64,000 bases of DNA from Eledone cirrhosa. Its lineage: Eukaryota. Below the pieces are notes generated by a model. The model did no database searches and was not told where the DNA came from. It saw only the letters and a program-made list of their open reading frames with translations. Positions 45,240 to 62,207 of this stretch are shown here, piece after piece; the stretch's first letter is position 1; the number at the start of each line of letters is the position of its first letter. The stretch covers positions 151,466,001 to 151,530,000 of the forward strand of contig OZ024742.1 of NCBI GenBank assembly GCA_964016885.1. The letters run 5' to 3'. The position numbers and the translations under genes are program-made.

Positions 45240-45294
45240 TCAATACCACCGGCACCAGCACCACCACCAGCACCACCACAACCACCACTACTAT

Positions 45295-45344
<50 letters not shown>

Positions 45345-45523
45345 TCACCACCACCACCACTATTACTACTATCACCACCACCACCACCACTACTAATACT
45401 ACTACTACTACTACTACTGCTACTACTACTACTATTAATACCACTAGCACCAGCAGCACCACCACCACCACCACAACCACCACTACTATTACTACTACTA
45501 CTACTACTACTACTACTAACTAC

Positions 45524-45579
<56 letters not shown>

Positions 45580-45960
45580 AGGTAATTTTAAAGTTGTAGT
45601 AGTGGTAAAGGTTGTGGCTGCAGTAGTAATGATAATGGTAGTAGTTCTAGTAGTGATGATCGTCGTGGTGATAGTGGTTGCTATAGTCACGATGGTGGTG
45701 GCTATAGTCACGATGGTGGTGGCTATAGTCACGATGGTGGTGGCTATAGTTGTGCTAGTGAGGATGATGCTTGTGAGAGGTTGCAGTATTAGTGATGATG
45801 GTGTTAGTTACAGTAATGCTAATTGTAGAACTTATAGTAGTAGTAGTAATAGTATTAGTATTAGTAGTAGTCATAGGAGGTGTCATTGTTGCCGTAGAAA
45901 TGGTTGTGTTAGTTGTAGTAGTAATAGTAGTAGTAATAGTAGTAGTAGTAGTAATAATAA

Positions 45961-45995
<35 letters not shown>

Positions 45996-46070
45996 ATAGT
46001 TAAAGTAATATTAGTAGTAGTAGTAGTATTAGTAGTAGTAGTAGCAGTAGTAGTAGTTGTAGTAGTAATG
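41985..46070. repeat. Large low-complexity block: (ATC)n, GA-rich, (ACC)n, (ACT)n then (AGT)n
   Basis: Read directly; long poly-T/V/G ORFs here are repeat translations. Confidence 0.92.
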
Positions 46071-46692
46071 CAGGTAGTTTATGCTAATGCTTTAATGTGT
46101 AGGTACAATGTGACTAGAGCTAAAGAAATAGATTATAATTAAATGCTTGTAAAATAAAAATAAAAATACAAATGATTTAAGAAAAGGAGGCGAGTGTGTG
46201 TATGTATGTATGAAACGTATATATATCTTGCATTATCTGTGTTATCTGCCGAATGTATTTTAATTTTAATTTTGATTTTGATTTTGATTTTGAATTTGAA
46301 TTGCTGTACAAAGATAGTATAGTAAATGTCACTCCACTGTACATCAATATATATGTATCTGTATGTCTCTTGCGTTGGATAGGAGGTCAATTATATGTAC
46401 AAACATTGAAAAATGCTCCGAAGAACCCAAGCCTAGGTTTGGATGAAACAATTGTAAGTGAATAAATGGTTTGAACATAGCTTTGATTCTTGTGAATTCT
46501 CTCTTTATATATATACAATACATAAACCTAGAAAGCCTTAAGCTATACTCCGACCAATTCCATCTCACTCAACAAACATTAGGATATACTTAAGTATTAT
46601 CCCAATTTAGTGTTTGGGGTGCTAACTAATCAGTATTTCGTGGAAAATTGGTTATATATATATATATATAAATGAAAAGTATACTGTATTTC

Positions 46693-46743
<51 letters not shown>

Positions 46744-47875
46744 GGGGTAACAAATTATTGTTATAGGTAGTCCACTTAAGTGTAGTCCTGTTATGGTATT
46801 CCGGGTAGTGGATGATATCAACGCTTGGCTAAGTTTGACTCAACAAGGCGTTTCCATAGTGATGCTGCGAGTACGCTCTAATTCCTATGTTGTAAACACT
46901 TGGAGTAATGATAAATCAGGAAAGAAGAGTGACACGGTTTGCTATACAAAAAAGGTTTTTAATCTCATTGCTGACAATTGTTTCTCTGAACTGGTAGGTC
47001 TACAGATTGCTACCCGCTTATTTTCACGTTATTCGATCACCAATACAAAGTTATAACCAGTCAATTCATCGGAGCTTGTGAGAATCAAAAGAATATACAG
47101 GCATGGCTACTATATATAGTAGTAATGGCATTCAATCAGAACAATAACAACAATACTAACAATGCTAGCAATAAATTATTTGAAATAATCACAACATTAA
47201 TCTAGGTGGGAAGTATAGTATATCTATGATTTTAGCGTGTAAAACTAGGTGACACGAGGCAGATATATAAAATTGACATGTAAAAGCTGTCATGGGGTGT
47301 ATTATATATAGTGTAAAGATAAGCCGGTGGCTTTAAACAATGTAAGTCTGGTGGCCGTAAGAATCATTTATTATCTGACAGATGAAGAATTTATCACTGT
47401 AGTGAGGGTAGTAATATTGTGGTAGTAATTGTGGTGTTAGGTTCAATATTTGTGTGGTCTATATTGGATGAAAGGGTTGTCTAGCTTTCTCATCATCAAT
47501 AACATACATGTATAAGACAACATTAACAGAGCAGCAATATAGAACGTCTCTATGAACCACCTAATAGAATATTAGTCTACGACTTCTTTTATACCATAAA
47601 CGAGGTTTTGCCTTTGCGTGTAATTTTTTTCCACCGCTCCTATTAATGACGTATTATATTCGTTTTTTCCCGTTCTTTGCCAGGGAACGTTTCCACGGAC
47701 CAAAGTATCGTCTTCCTGTCTTCCTCCGGTTGCAACGTTTTTTGAAATATTCACTTCTGCGTTCACAGATTGACTTTGTTAGTTTCAGAAGATCCCGTTA
47801 AAGGTGAAAGCAGCGATTCTTTGCTTAAACTTTAATCTGTTATTTTAATAAATATATATATATATATATATAAAT

Positions 47876-51442
<3,567 letters not shown>

Positions 51443-51832
51443 TAGGTAGAGAGATAAAATAAAAGAATAAATATCAAAAGTCAATATTTTATATTTTCTG
51501 AATAAGCTTTATTGGAACCTGAAGATATGAAGTTGTAATGTTGAATCCAGGTATTCTATTGGTTTTATGCCAGGAACTGAATTGTGCCATGACAGATTCA
51601 AAACTAGATAACAGCTTCATAGAGGGGCCCAGAAATAATATCTTGTTCTTCACAGATTTCCATAACACATCATAGGTTTTCTTTCTAGATCTCTGTACAT
51701 GGACCCGGGGTAGGTGTTGGTGTGAGGTGACTAAGATGTATGTGGAAGGTAAGTGTAATATGATCTATATAGGGATAGACGTTGCTGAAGAATAGAAGAA
51801 TTAAAGGAAGAGTGTTTTATGTTGAGGTTATA

Positions 51833-51954
51833 CAGGGTGGCCCAAAAGTCGCGATACATAAAAAAATAATTGTTTTATAAGAAACAATTTATTCAAAATA
51901 GATAAATATGGAAACTTAAAAAATTCCTATGTATTGCGACTTTTGGCCACCCTG
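51833..51954. mobile_element. Tc1/mariner-type MITE (122 bp)
   Basis: TIRs CAGGGTGGCC(C)AAAAGTCGC.ATACATA / TATGTATTGCGACTTTTGGCCACCCTG with TA on both flanks. Confidence 0.85.
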
Positions 51955-52254
51955 TATATGCCCTATATTCGAACCTCAATCTGAAAGGTGATTCGTGCAC
52001 ATATGTGGATGCCATTCCAACCAAAGCTCACCCCTTGCATCTAGATATTATCTACAAAAACTTTCAGTTACTCTGGTTTATAGTCTTTTTCCACCATTTC
52101 TGCAAATACATCTGCAACATTTACATATCTTGAATATCTTCTAACCGCCAATAACTGTTTGACAACTTCTCTACCTTCATCGAAGGCATCTTTCTCACTC
52201 CACACTTCTCTGAAGTCATCATCGTTGTTGACGTCAACGCTCACACCTTGTTTT

Positions 52255-52388
52255 TGCTAGCTGAGTGGATTGTAGCTACATGAAATAGAGTGTCTTGCCC
52301 AAGAACACAATGTACTGCCGGTTATACAACTTACGATCCTATGATCCTGAACTAAACGACCTAACTCCTAAGCCTCGCGCCTTCACTG
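52255..52388 (-). mobile_element. Degenerate SINE fragment
   Basis: GTCTTGCCCAAGAACACAA block plus a tRNA-head-like remnant. Confidence 0.4.
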
Positions 52389-52499
52389 TTGCTAGCAATA
52401 ATGATAGTATCAGAATCACATTTCAGATTTAAGATCCTTCTTCCACAAATTCAAAATTCTAGAGTTTGCTTTTTTCATGACACTTTCTGCCTAATAGTG

Positions 52500-54480
52500 A
52501 AACAGAGAGTGAGTAAGAATATATCCTTGTTACATCCATCCGCATAATTCTAAACCACTTAGCGAAGCCCATATTAGTTTTGACAGTTGCTGTTTGTTGA
52601 GAATAAAGAGATTTTAGGTATTATATAAAATGATAAGGACATCCCATTTCTGCCATCAGCCACCGTAATTTGTCATAAATAGCTGTGTCAAAATATTTTT
52701 GAAATTCAATAAAAGCAATAAACAATTCTCCATTATGCTCTCTAGTTCTCTGAATAACCATCTTGATATTAAGAATAGCATCCTTCGTTCCTTCTCTATT
52801 TCTAAAACCAATTTGTTTCCAAGCAGTATCTATTTACTATGCTCTCGGCAATAATCTTAAGTAATATTTTACTAGCAAGCATTAGCAGCGCAATTGTTCT
52901 GTTAGGCTTACATTGCATGATGTTCTTTTCTTTTTTTGTTTGTTTTACAAAGGGATGAAAATTGATTAGGTCGAAGCATTTGGCCATAATTTGAATTTCA
53001 TATTTTCATGTATAACAACTTTGCCTAGAAGTTTTCACTATTTTTCTAAAGTTTTATTCCAGGACTTTTGTTGTTTTTCAGACTTTTCGTGGCTTTTGTT
53101 TTTACCCCAGGTTCTCTTTTGGTAACAACATTTTGACTTTGATCATTTTGATTACATTCTGTTTGATTAACATCTGCTGTCATCTTGTATAAACAATATT
53201 CTTGCTATTGTTCCTTTATATTTTTCTTTGTCTTAGATAACACCATTTCTTGGTGCAAATATTTTTGATATTAGCATCAGAGGCGTCTAAAGATCTTCAG
53301 TAGTGTTTGTTATTGTATTCATTTCAATCACATTACAAATTTGCTGTTTTCCGGCTTCTTTTTTTTTATCAGATTAAATTTCATGGCTCAGCTGTTGTTA
53401 TCGTTCTTTAGTTTCAGACGATGTCATACTACCAGTTTTTACAGATCTTCTTTATTCAATTTTAACTAATGTCTCGTCTGGTATCCACTTCAATCGGTTT
53501 TATTCATTCTTCAGTAATATTTTTCTGTTACTCTGAAACCGTATCTTTAATTTTATTGCACATTCATGGCCGGCTTTCTTCGCATTATTAAAGTTGTTCA
53601 AATCAGTTCTTTATATGAGCATTATATTCCATGCTTAAAGATAGTGTCTTTGTGTTTCAATCCTTTTACTATTATTAAAACGTAATTAAACGTTTGCAAC
53701 ACATTGATGGTCACGGTTGGAGATAGTACCAGGATTCTTTCTAACGTTTTAATCCCTTTGATACTAAACCATCTGAAAACGTCCCCGGTTCTATAAACAA
53801 AACTGTTTATTTTAAAGTGTCTATATTTATCTAAAATCCTTCTGTCATAATTTTATATAAGAATCTTTGCTAAGTTATACGCCAAATACCAGCATAATTA
53901 AGAAGTTATTTACTTTATTAGATCCTTCCAAATTGTTGATTATTTCAATATCATAGGGACTGTATTTCAATTGAAATATGGCAATCAAGAGGTTAAACGA
54001 TATTTCCGTCACTATTACACTATGAATTCATCTATTTGTTTGCACATTTTCAAATCAGTAAAATACGAAGTATAAATTCTTCTATGGTGTTGGTTAAACC
54101 ATGCATTAGAAATAGAAAGTTGGCTTCCTTTATCATGTTTAATACCAACATTGCCCTCAGCTGCTGATTTTGTTGTTGCTTTTCCTACCTTAGCATTTGC
54201 ATTTCCAATAAGAATGAGGACATCTTTTGTAGGCGATTGATCGATTTCTTTTTGAAGTATATCATAGAATCAATCAAACTCAACCTTATTCGGTGGCTGT
54301 AGTAAGAGCATAAAATTGTATAGCTTTGACGTCAAATGGTTTTCCCTAAGACTGATAGTTATAATTCGATCATTAACTGGTTTATAACCAAACAAGGATT
54401 TAGTGACAGTTCCATTCAAGATAACGACAATCCCATTGCTATAACCGATATAGCTTGCTGAGATAATTGCCATTTTATCG
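52500..54480 (-). mobile_element. Old APE-RT LINE remnant (RTE-like)
   Basis: GIVVILN...GYKPVNDRIITI (APE); RTIALLMLASKILLKII and a QIGFR-like segment (RT N-terminus); many stops. Confidence 0.7.
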
Positions 54481-54510
54481 TAGTTAGTTCCAATGAGGAT
54501 GATAGTGATG

Positions 54511-54591
<81 letters not shown>

Positions 54592-54608
54592 GCAAGATAA
54601 ATGCAACT

Positions 54609-54646
<38 letters not shown>

Positions 54647-54647
<1 letters not shown>

Positions 54648-54744
54648 GCTGCAGGTAGTGGCTTGATATTCATTTCAACAAACTTTCCAGTTAAATATCA
54701 TCAATGACTGAGACTGAAAGAACAATAATAATAATAATAATAAT
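54647..54744 (+). mobile_element. ~77-bp 3' tip of the Dong/R4 element with (AAT)n on both sides
   Basis: Near-identical to 21639-21715 (GGCTG.AGGTAGTGGCTTGATATTCATTTCAACAAACTTTCCAGTTAA...AAAGAAC). Confidence 0.88.
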
Positions 54745-55617
54745 GTTTTCTTTATTAACCAAAAGGGTTTACATAAAGTAGACATTAAGGACAGTACATG
54801 GCAATACAGGACGGTACAAATGGGCATTTCTGCCTGTAAAAAACAGAGGATGTAATAAAATAACAAAGAAAAATTCCCCAATAGGGGGGAGACTTCCGAG
54901 GGACATTTGTGGAGAAAGCCCATTAAAAGACCACAGTGACCCTGACCACCAGGGCAAGTGCCGTCTCCCAGTTTTCCACCTTTAATTTACAGACACATAC
55001 TCAGAGAAGGCCCATTCATTCGGGCCATACTTGCTTCTCTCACCCATCTTTCAACAAAATGCTGGGAAGAGAGCACTTCCCTCTCTACCCTGATTTTCCT
55101 TTTCAAATGAAATTTGAAAAAGTCAATCAGGGCATCACCGAAGAGGTAAGTGCTCGTCTTCAGCCCTTTCAAACGTGTCCACCATACTATCTCTTTCGCC
55201 ATGGCCACCAGACAGATAAAAACTGCCTGCCCTTCCCGGCTAAAGGAAGAGGGCGGGGCAATCCTCACGATGGACTCAGCTGATAGCTGGATCCGTCCTA
55301 CACGTGACAGCAGGTGTTCGACATAAACCCACAAGTCAGCAATGCTCGGACACTGGACGAGTGCGTGCAGGACGGTTTTGTCGCCCTGTGCGCATCTCGG
55401 ACATGCCCGGCTGACGGCACCTCCATGCCTGTAGAGTTTATCCCGAACTGGCAAAGCATCCCGGTAGCACTGCCAGGCCAGGGATTTCTGGAAGTTGTCC
55501 ATAGGCCCCGGCCCGAAAGTCCTTCCGAAGAGATTGGCTAGTTGATTTTCGTCGACGACTAGAGTTTCTCCAAGTACGTCGTCGCTCTTACCCTCCACTA
55601 ATCCACCATAGAACGCC
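54745..55617 (-). mobile_element. 5'-truncated Tx1-type copy with (ATT)n tail
   Basis: ORF2 C-terminus CPRC...HALVQC...WVREASMARMNGPS; AATAAAGAAAAC then (ATT)n. Confidence 0.9.
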
Positions 55618-55640
55618 ATAATAATAATAATAATAATAAT

Positions 55641-55930
55641 GTTTTCTTTATTAACCACAAGGGTTTCCATAAAGTAGACATTAAGGACAGTACAGGACAA
55701 TACAGGACGGTACAAATGGGCATTTCTGCGTGTAAAAAAAAACAGAGGATGTAATAAAATAACAAAGAAAAAATCCCCAATAGGGGGGAGACTTCCGAGG
55801 GACATTTGTGGAGAAAGCCCATTAAAAAGGCCACAGTGACCCTGACCATCAGGGCAAGTGCCCTCTCCCAGTTTTCCACCTTTAATTTACAGACATACTC
55901 AGAGTAGGCCCATTCACTCGGGCCATTCTT
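55641..55930 (-). mobile_element. Very short 5'-truncated Tx1-type copy (3'UTR) with (ATT)n tail
   Basis: Near-identical to 54745-55030; (ATT)n at 55618-55640. Confidence 0.88.
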
Positions 55931-55948
55931 GATTTTTAACATAATAAT

Positions 55949-58900
55949 GATTTCTTTATTGGCCACAAGGGCTGACACCAAGAAAAACATTACAGACGGC
56001 ACAGGACGGTACAAGACGGTATGATGTGGGTTTTGTGCGTGTAAATATTTTTATTATTTATATAAGAAAAGAAAAAAAAAGGACATAAAAACATATATAC
56101 ATAAACAATAAAAATGAAAATTGAAACAATGAAAAATTCCCCAATAGGGGGGAAACCTCCGAGGGTTACTCGTGGCGAAAACCACACAAAAGACCACGGC
56201 CACCCTGCCCACCAGGGCAAGCGCCCTCTCTCAATTTTTCCATCTCTCAAACTACAGACGTATATTCAGAGTTCACTCGGACCATTCTCGCTACATTCAC
56301 CCACCTTTCAACAAACTTGCCAGAAGGCAGCACTTGCCTCTCCACCCTGATTTTCCTGTTCAAAAAGTTAATTAGTGATTCGCCGAAGAGGAAAGTGTCT
56401 GTCTTTAACCCTTTTAACCTTGTCCACCACGCAATCTCTTTAGCCATGGCCACCAGGCAGATGAAAACCGCCTGCCCTTCCTCCTCGAAGGAAGACGGCA
56501 AGACCATTTGCACAATGGACTCAGTCGACAAGCGGATCAGTCCTACACGCGACAGCAACTGTTCGACATAGCTCCACAAGTCAGCAATGCTCGGGCATTG
56601 AACGAGTACGTGCACGACGGTTTCGTCGCTCTGCGCGCATCTCGGATAGGCTCGGCTGACGGCACTTCCGTGCCTGTAGAGCTTATCTCGAACCGGCAGC
56701 GCTCCCCGGTAGCACTGCCAGGCTAGGGATTTTTGGAAGTTATCCATAGGCCCCGGGCTGAAAGTTCTCCGGAAGAGAGAAAAACAGCTGATCTTCTTCG
56801 ACGCCCAGGATCTCTCCGAGAATGTCGTCGCTATTCCCCTCCACTAGTCCTCTATAGAACGCCGAGGTGGATGTTCCACCGATACTGGTGCCCAGCTGGC
56901 AGAGGGCAGTGAGCGCCTGGAGATATTCCAGTTTCCAAGCGCTATCCCTCGGTCTTTTTCTAACCCAGGACTGCAGCTCCGTCAAGGAGACGAGCTGTGG
57001 GAAAACGTGCCTGACGAACGGCGACCACACCTGTTCACCATCAAGGAAGCACCAGAGATGTCGCAGCCTCAGCGCATGTTTGCGCATCATCACCATGGCA
57101 TGTCCAGTCCTCCACGCAACGGGTGTTGACAGCAGATGCATCGTCTGACCATGGGAGCGGGTCCCTTCCACAAAAAGCGGAAGAAGAGGCGCTCCATTTT
57201 GGTGAGAGTTGGGCTGGAGCAAGGGACGACGGTGAGGCGGTAGCAGATGACGAATGCGATGTACGCATTCGCCACCTCCGCCCGGCCTTTCAGGGACAGC
57301 TTCCTCTCGGCCCATTTCTGGGTGAGGGAGGCCACCCTGCTCGTCACCTCGTTCCAGTTTTTCTCCATCTGGAGGTCCGGTCCAAACCAGACCCCGAGCA
57401 ATTTAACCGGTCCGTCCGCCCAACGCCCCACGACGCTCTCGGACGGCATGGACTTGCCTCTCCAGGTGCCGAGCTGCAAGCCCACCGACTTTTCCTGGTT
57501 TATCTTTGCTCCTGTCACCGCTTCGTATTCCTTGAGAGTGGTGCCTAGCATCTGGACGTGTCTGGTGCTCGACACCACCACGGTGACGTCGTCAGCGTAA
57601 GCTGACTCGGATTTCCCGCATCCTAGTTCGCGTGGGACGCCGCTCATCGCCCCCAGTTTGTGCAGTAACGGCTCGAGAGCCAATACGTACAAGAGGGACG
57701 AGAGGGGACAACCCTGGCGGACTGAGCGCATGATGCTGAACGGCTGCGACAGGTGGCCGTTCACCCTCACAACTGAGCAAATGTCGCTGTACATTACTGC
57801 GGTCCAACCCCTGAAAACGGGCCCGAAACCGGCTGCCTCGAGGACCGCCGCCAGGTACCGATGGTAGACCCTATCGAATGCTTTGGATTGATCCAAGTTG
57901 ATCAGGGCCCCACCCTTGCCAGGTTCCTTAACCACCTCTCTATGATGTATCGCATGAGGTGGAGGTTGTTGTGTATGGATCTGTCCGGAATGGCGCATGT
58001 CTGCGCCTCTCCCACCAGACCCTTGACGACAAGCGCCAACCTCGTTGCTTGCACCTTGGCCAAAATCTTGAACTCTGCGTTTAGCAGGGTTATGGTCTTG
58101 AAATTATCGATAACATCCCCCTTGTTTGGGTCTTTTCTCAGCAGCGCCACTGCTCCCCGGCTCACAAAACTGGGAATGCTCCCGTTCTGCTGCCAGTTGC
58201 AGTAGACGTCTGCCAAGAGGTCACCGAACAAGTCTGGCATAAATGCATAAAGATCGTAGGGCAGACCATCCAAACCTGGCGATTTACCCCTTGTGCAGTT
58301 AGCCATCGCTTCCCGTATTTCACCGGCTGTTATTGGCTTTTCGCAACACTGTGCTGCGGTCGTCGAGAGCCGAGGCAGTCCGTCGAGGTATGCACTGAAG
58401 TCCATGCCACGATCCTGGCCGCCGAGGCTCCCGAACAGTTCAGCCAAGTGCTGCTGAAAAGCTTCACACATCCGCTCGGGTTCGAGCATCACGCACCCGT
58501 TTTGGTCAGACAAAGACCGAATTGTGGCTCTGTTGCCACATCGCGCCTCTGCCACCCGGGCCCATTGGACGGCTTTTGTCCCCTCGTGTTTCAGAGCACG
58601 CGCTCTAACTCTGACAACGCAGCCTTCGTGTTTTGCGTTGAAGAATTGGTCGAGTGCCAATCTCGCCGCAAGCACGTCGGTTGCGATGCCTGTCCTAAAC
58701 GCCTCTTCTAGCTTTCTGACTAGCTCTCCCTCTACTCTATTTTCCTCTATCACTACTCCTTTGCTAAACCTAATCGACTCTACTTTAATTGCCCTTTTCA
58801 GGGCGAACCACCACCTGTTGTTGACGATCGCTCCCGTCAACGCTCGCTTAACTAATACGCTAATCCGGTCTCTGTAGGCTTTGCACGCCGGGAAAGACGC

Positions 58901-60907
58901 GTTCAGCTTCCAGTAACCAGGCACTTGTCTATGAAGTCTGTCTATGTCGATCTCACAGATCATAAATTTGTGGTCTGTGTAGTCGACTATTTTAAATTGT
59001 GGACAACCTATACTAGCCTTATCTAGTTCTCTGCATAATACCCTATCGAGATACGATCTGGATGACACAATGCGGTTTGTCCATGTCCACATTGGCACAT
59101 TCGGGTGATCCAGTCGATACCTGTCAAACAGTTCAAAACGTCTGAGCAGGTTGGTGAGGCTCTTGCACCCTCCTCCCCTATCCACTAGCCCCACACGATC
59201 CCAGCGTGCATCCAAGATACCGTTCCAGTCGCCCACTAACACTAATGAGCGGGACGTTCTAAGAAAGGTCTCTAGACGTCTGAAGAAATCTGGCCGTCCT
59301 GCCCCTGTTGGGGCGTAGATGGCTACTAGCCTGAAAGCATTGCCTTCGCTGCCGGTCACGTCCAGCACCACCGACTTACCGCCTGGGTTTAGGAAGATGG
59401 CCCGTATCGCGAGATCCAAGCCTCTCCGAAAAAGGACGGCGACCCCTCCCCCCGATCCTGGACGGCTGGGAGATGCGTATACATCGTATCCGCCGAAGAT
59501 CGGTGCGAAGGCTTGTGCCTCGGAGATTCTGGTTTCACTGATGGCCACCACATCTATGTTTAGTGACCTGAGGTCGTTGAGCAGGTGACCCTGCTTCCAA
59601 GATGACCCCCAGGCCACGTGCATTTATACTGCCTATTCTGAGTACGGCCATGTTGGATGAGAAACGGGGCAAGTGAGAAAGGGTCACTTACCCTGTTCGT
59701 GTGGTGAAGGGACAGTAGAACCGTCCCTTTCGCTGCTCATGGGTGTTTCCAAGAGGATGTCAGTGTATATCCTCTTGGTAACCGACCCTCTGAAGTCTCC
59801 AACTGCGTTGGGGAATTTTTGTTTTAAAGGTTTGTACTGTTCTATTGAGATTTCGATGATGCTTATGTTTGTCGGGAGAGTTCTTGGTGTTGGTGGGGTG
59901 TAGTAGTTTTTTTCTGTGATGTCTGTGTGCTGCTTTATATATTGTATGAGTTCTTTTTTTGCTATGTTTATGGCTGTGTACTTTTTTGGGGGGAGGGGTG
60001 ATTTTGTTGCTGTTTTCTTCATGCTGCTGTTTGGTGTGTGTGTCTTGTGTTTGCGTTGTTGGTGTTTTTGGTGTTTTTGTTTTTTGTTTTTTGTGGCAGA
60101 CCGTTTGCCACTTCACTCCCGCCTCAAACTCCATGTCGGATTCTGTGGCGTCTGGGAGGGGTATGTGCTCCACGGCTGTTGGTGGTGGTAGTGGAGCCCT
60201 CTTCGGCAATTTTGTTGCTGGTGTAGCTACTTCAAATGTAGCTATTGGTGTTGCCGCCACTGATGATGCTGCTTTAGTTGTTCGTGGCCTTGGTACGGGT
60301 GCTACGGACGTTGCTCTCCTACTCACCGTGGAAGGGGCTTCTTCGTTTGTTGCCTGCCCTGCTCATGGTAGCAGCCGACCAGGTATTGGAAGGAGAGGGG
60401 CCTTCTTCGTTGTCTTCTGCGGGAAAAAGGCCCTGAGGTGACCCTTCGACCCACAGAGATAACATTTTGGCCGTTTTCCTTCTACACTTATAGGGAGTTG
60501 GAGTCCTTCCTCGATGTCTATGATATCGGGGATAGCGTCATACATTCCTGGTCAGTTTGTTTAAGCATTTGCATGCCTATACCTGACCAGTTCTCTCTCC
60601 CTATTTTTTCTACTTGCAGCATGGTCGTCCTGTTCTCGATTCCAACGAGGACAGACGCGGCCAGCCAAGGTATGGGCATGTCGGGTGGGACCTGGGTCAC
60701 TTTGACCCTCACAATTTTCTGCCCGCAGTAGGAGGGCACTAAGACTATCTCTTCTCTCTTTAGGGTTTCCAAAGCGTGAGACTTTGCTTCCTGGGGGTGG
60801 AGAAAAGTACGTCTACTGTGGCGTACTTTCTGCCTCGGGTGATGTGGGTTTTGCGTGCTCAGACGCACCCCAAGGCCTTTTAGATTTGAGCCTCCGTGGC
60901 TCTCTCC
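55949..60907 (-). mobile_element. Near full-length degenerate Tx1-type element
   Basis: ORF1 remnant (CYLCGSKGHLRA); ORF2 starts MAVLRIGSINARG at ~59652; APE and RT (RQGCPLS, AYADD) in frameshifted pieces; ATT repeats at both ends (55941-55948, 60908-60921). Confidence 0.92.
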
Positions 60908-62207
60908 AATAATAATAATAAGTTTTGGATTTTTAACATATATAAAACAATTGTGATATAACAATTCTTAGTACAAATGATACATAAAGCACCAGACTCA
61001 ACTCTCAGAAAATTCGGATCCATAATATCCTGTTATATCACTCAAATATTCAATTTTGTATTATAAATTTTATATTCAAAAAAAGAAAATGGTTATAAAT
61101 GGAAGAAAACCCCCTCTGTCTACACTATATAGAACAGCCAAATAACAGCAATTTCACCAACACCACAAACTAGATACACCCCCTATCCCATCACCCCTCT
61201 GTGTACATTAAATACAACAGCCAGATAAAGGCAATTTCACCACCACTACAATCAATCCCTGCATAATAATAATAATTACTATTATTGTATCTCAAGTTTT
61301 CTCAAAATGTTTAATTCAAATATTAAGAAAATATGTCAACACATATATTAAACATACGCGACAAACCGCATAGATATACAGATCAGACAAACGCATACTA
61401 CTACTACTACTATTCAACAAAACTAAGTAACGACAATGCCATCACTATAGTCACCGCTGCCACCACTCCATCATTGCTACCACTATCCCATCACCGCCGC
61501 CACCACTCCTTCATTGCTACCACCACTATTCCCCCACTACCTTCTGTTAACTTAAGAAAGGGGAAGGTGGCAGTATCACTAGACAAGGGAGAGGCTAGCA
61601 AAAGATTACTTAGTGACTCGGTCAGACGTCAACGACTATGGCACTGCTGGCTCTCCCCTTCCCCACCAACAATAGAAGAAGCCCCAGCACCACCACCGAC
61701 ATAGCCAACAACAATAACAAGCAACTTCAGCAAAAAGTATATTATATTATTAATAATAATTTCATTCTTAAGCCACGCAATGCTCACATTAAGGAACCAC
61801 TCATGATAATAACAATTTAAAAAACAACAAAAAAGAAAACCACGTGACCAAGAAATACCGGGATGGCAGCCGGCGAGGAATAGCCGTGTCTCTAGGGGAG
61901 GACGACCCCTCTAGTCTTGGTTGAAACTCGTCCTAGAAGTGGTAACACGAACTGATTACCCCTTGGCGGTTAAGGAAAAAACGCGACAAAATAAAGTAAA
62001 TGTTAAATGATAAAATCTCATACCGGATAGGCCATCACTCGGGCCAAAAAGGGCCGCGTCCCTCAGAGGAACCAGACTGGGGTCGAAAAATCAGCTAATG
62101 GTTCAAACCTTCCCATCACTTCGGAGCTGGAGACCTCCCATAATCGGAATACTCCTACTGTTGGCCCTCAATGCTCACCACCAAGAAATCCAAAGAAAAA
62201 GAGAGAA

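Noticed and set aside
43191-45526. Long poly-Thr, poly-Val and Gly-rich ORFs (up to 383 aa) resembling mucins or structural proteins
   Set aside because: Stop-free only because of trinucleotide repeats; no signal peptide, domain or supported splice structure
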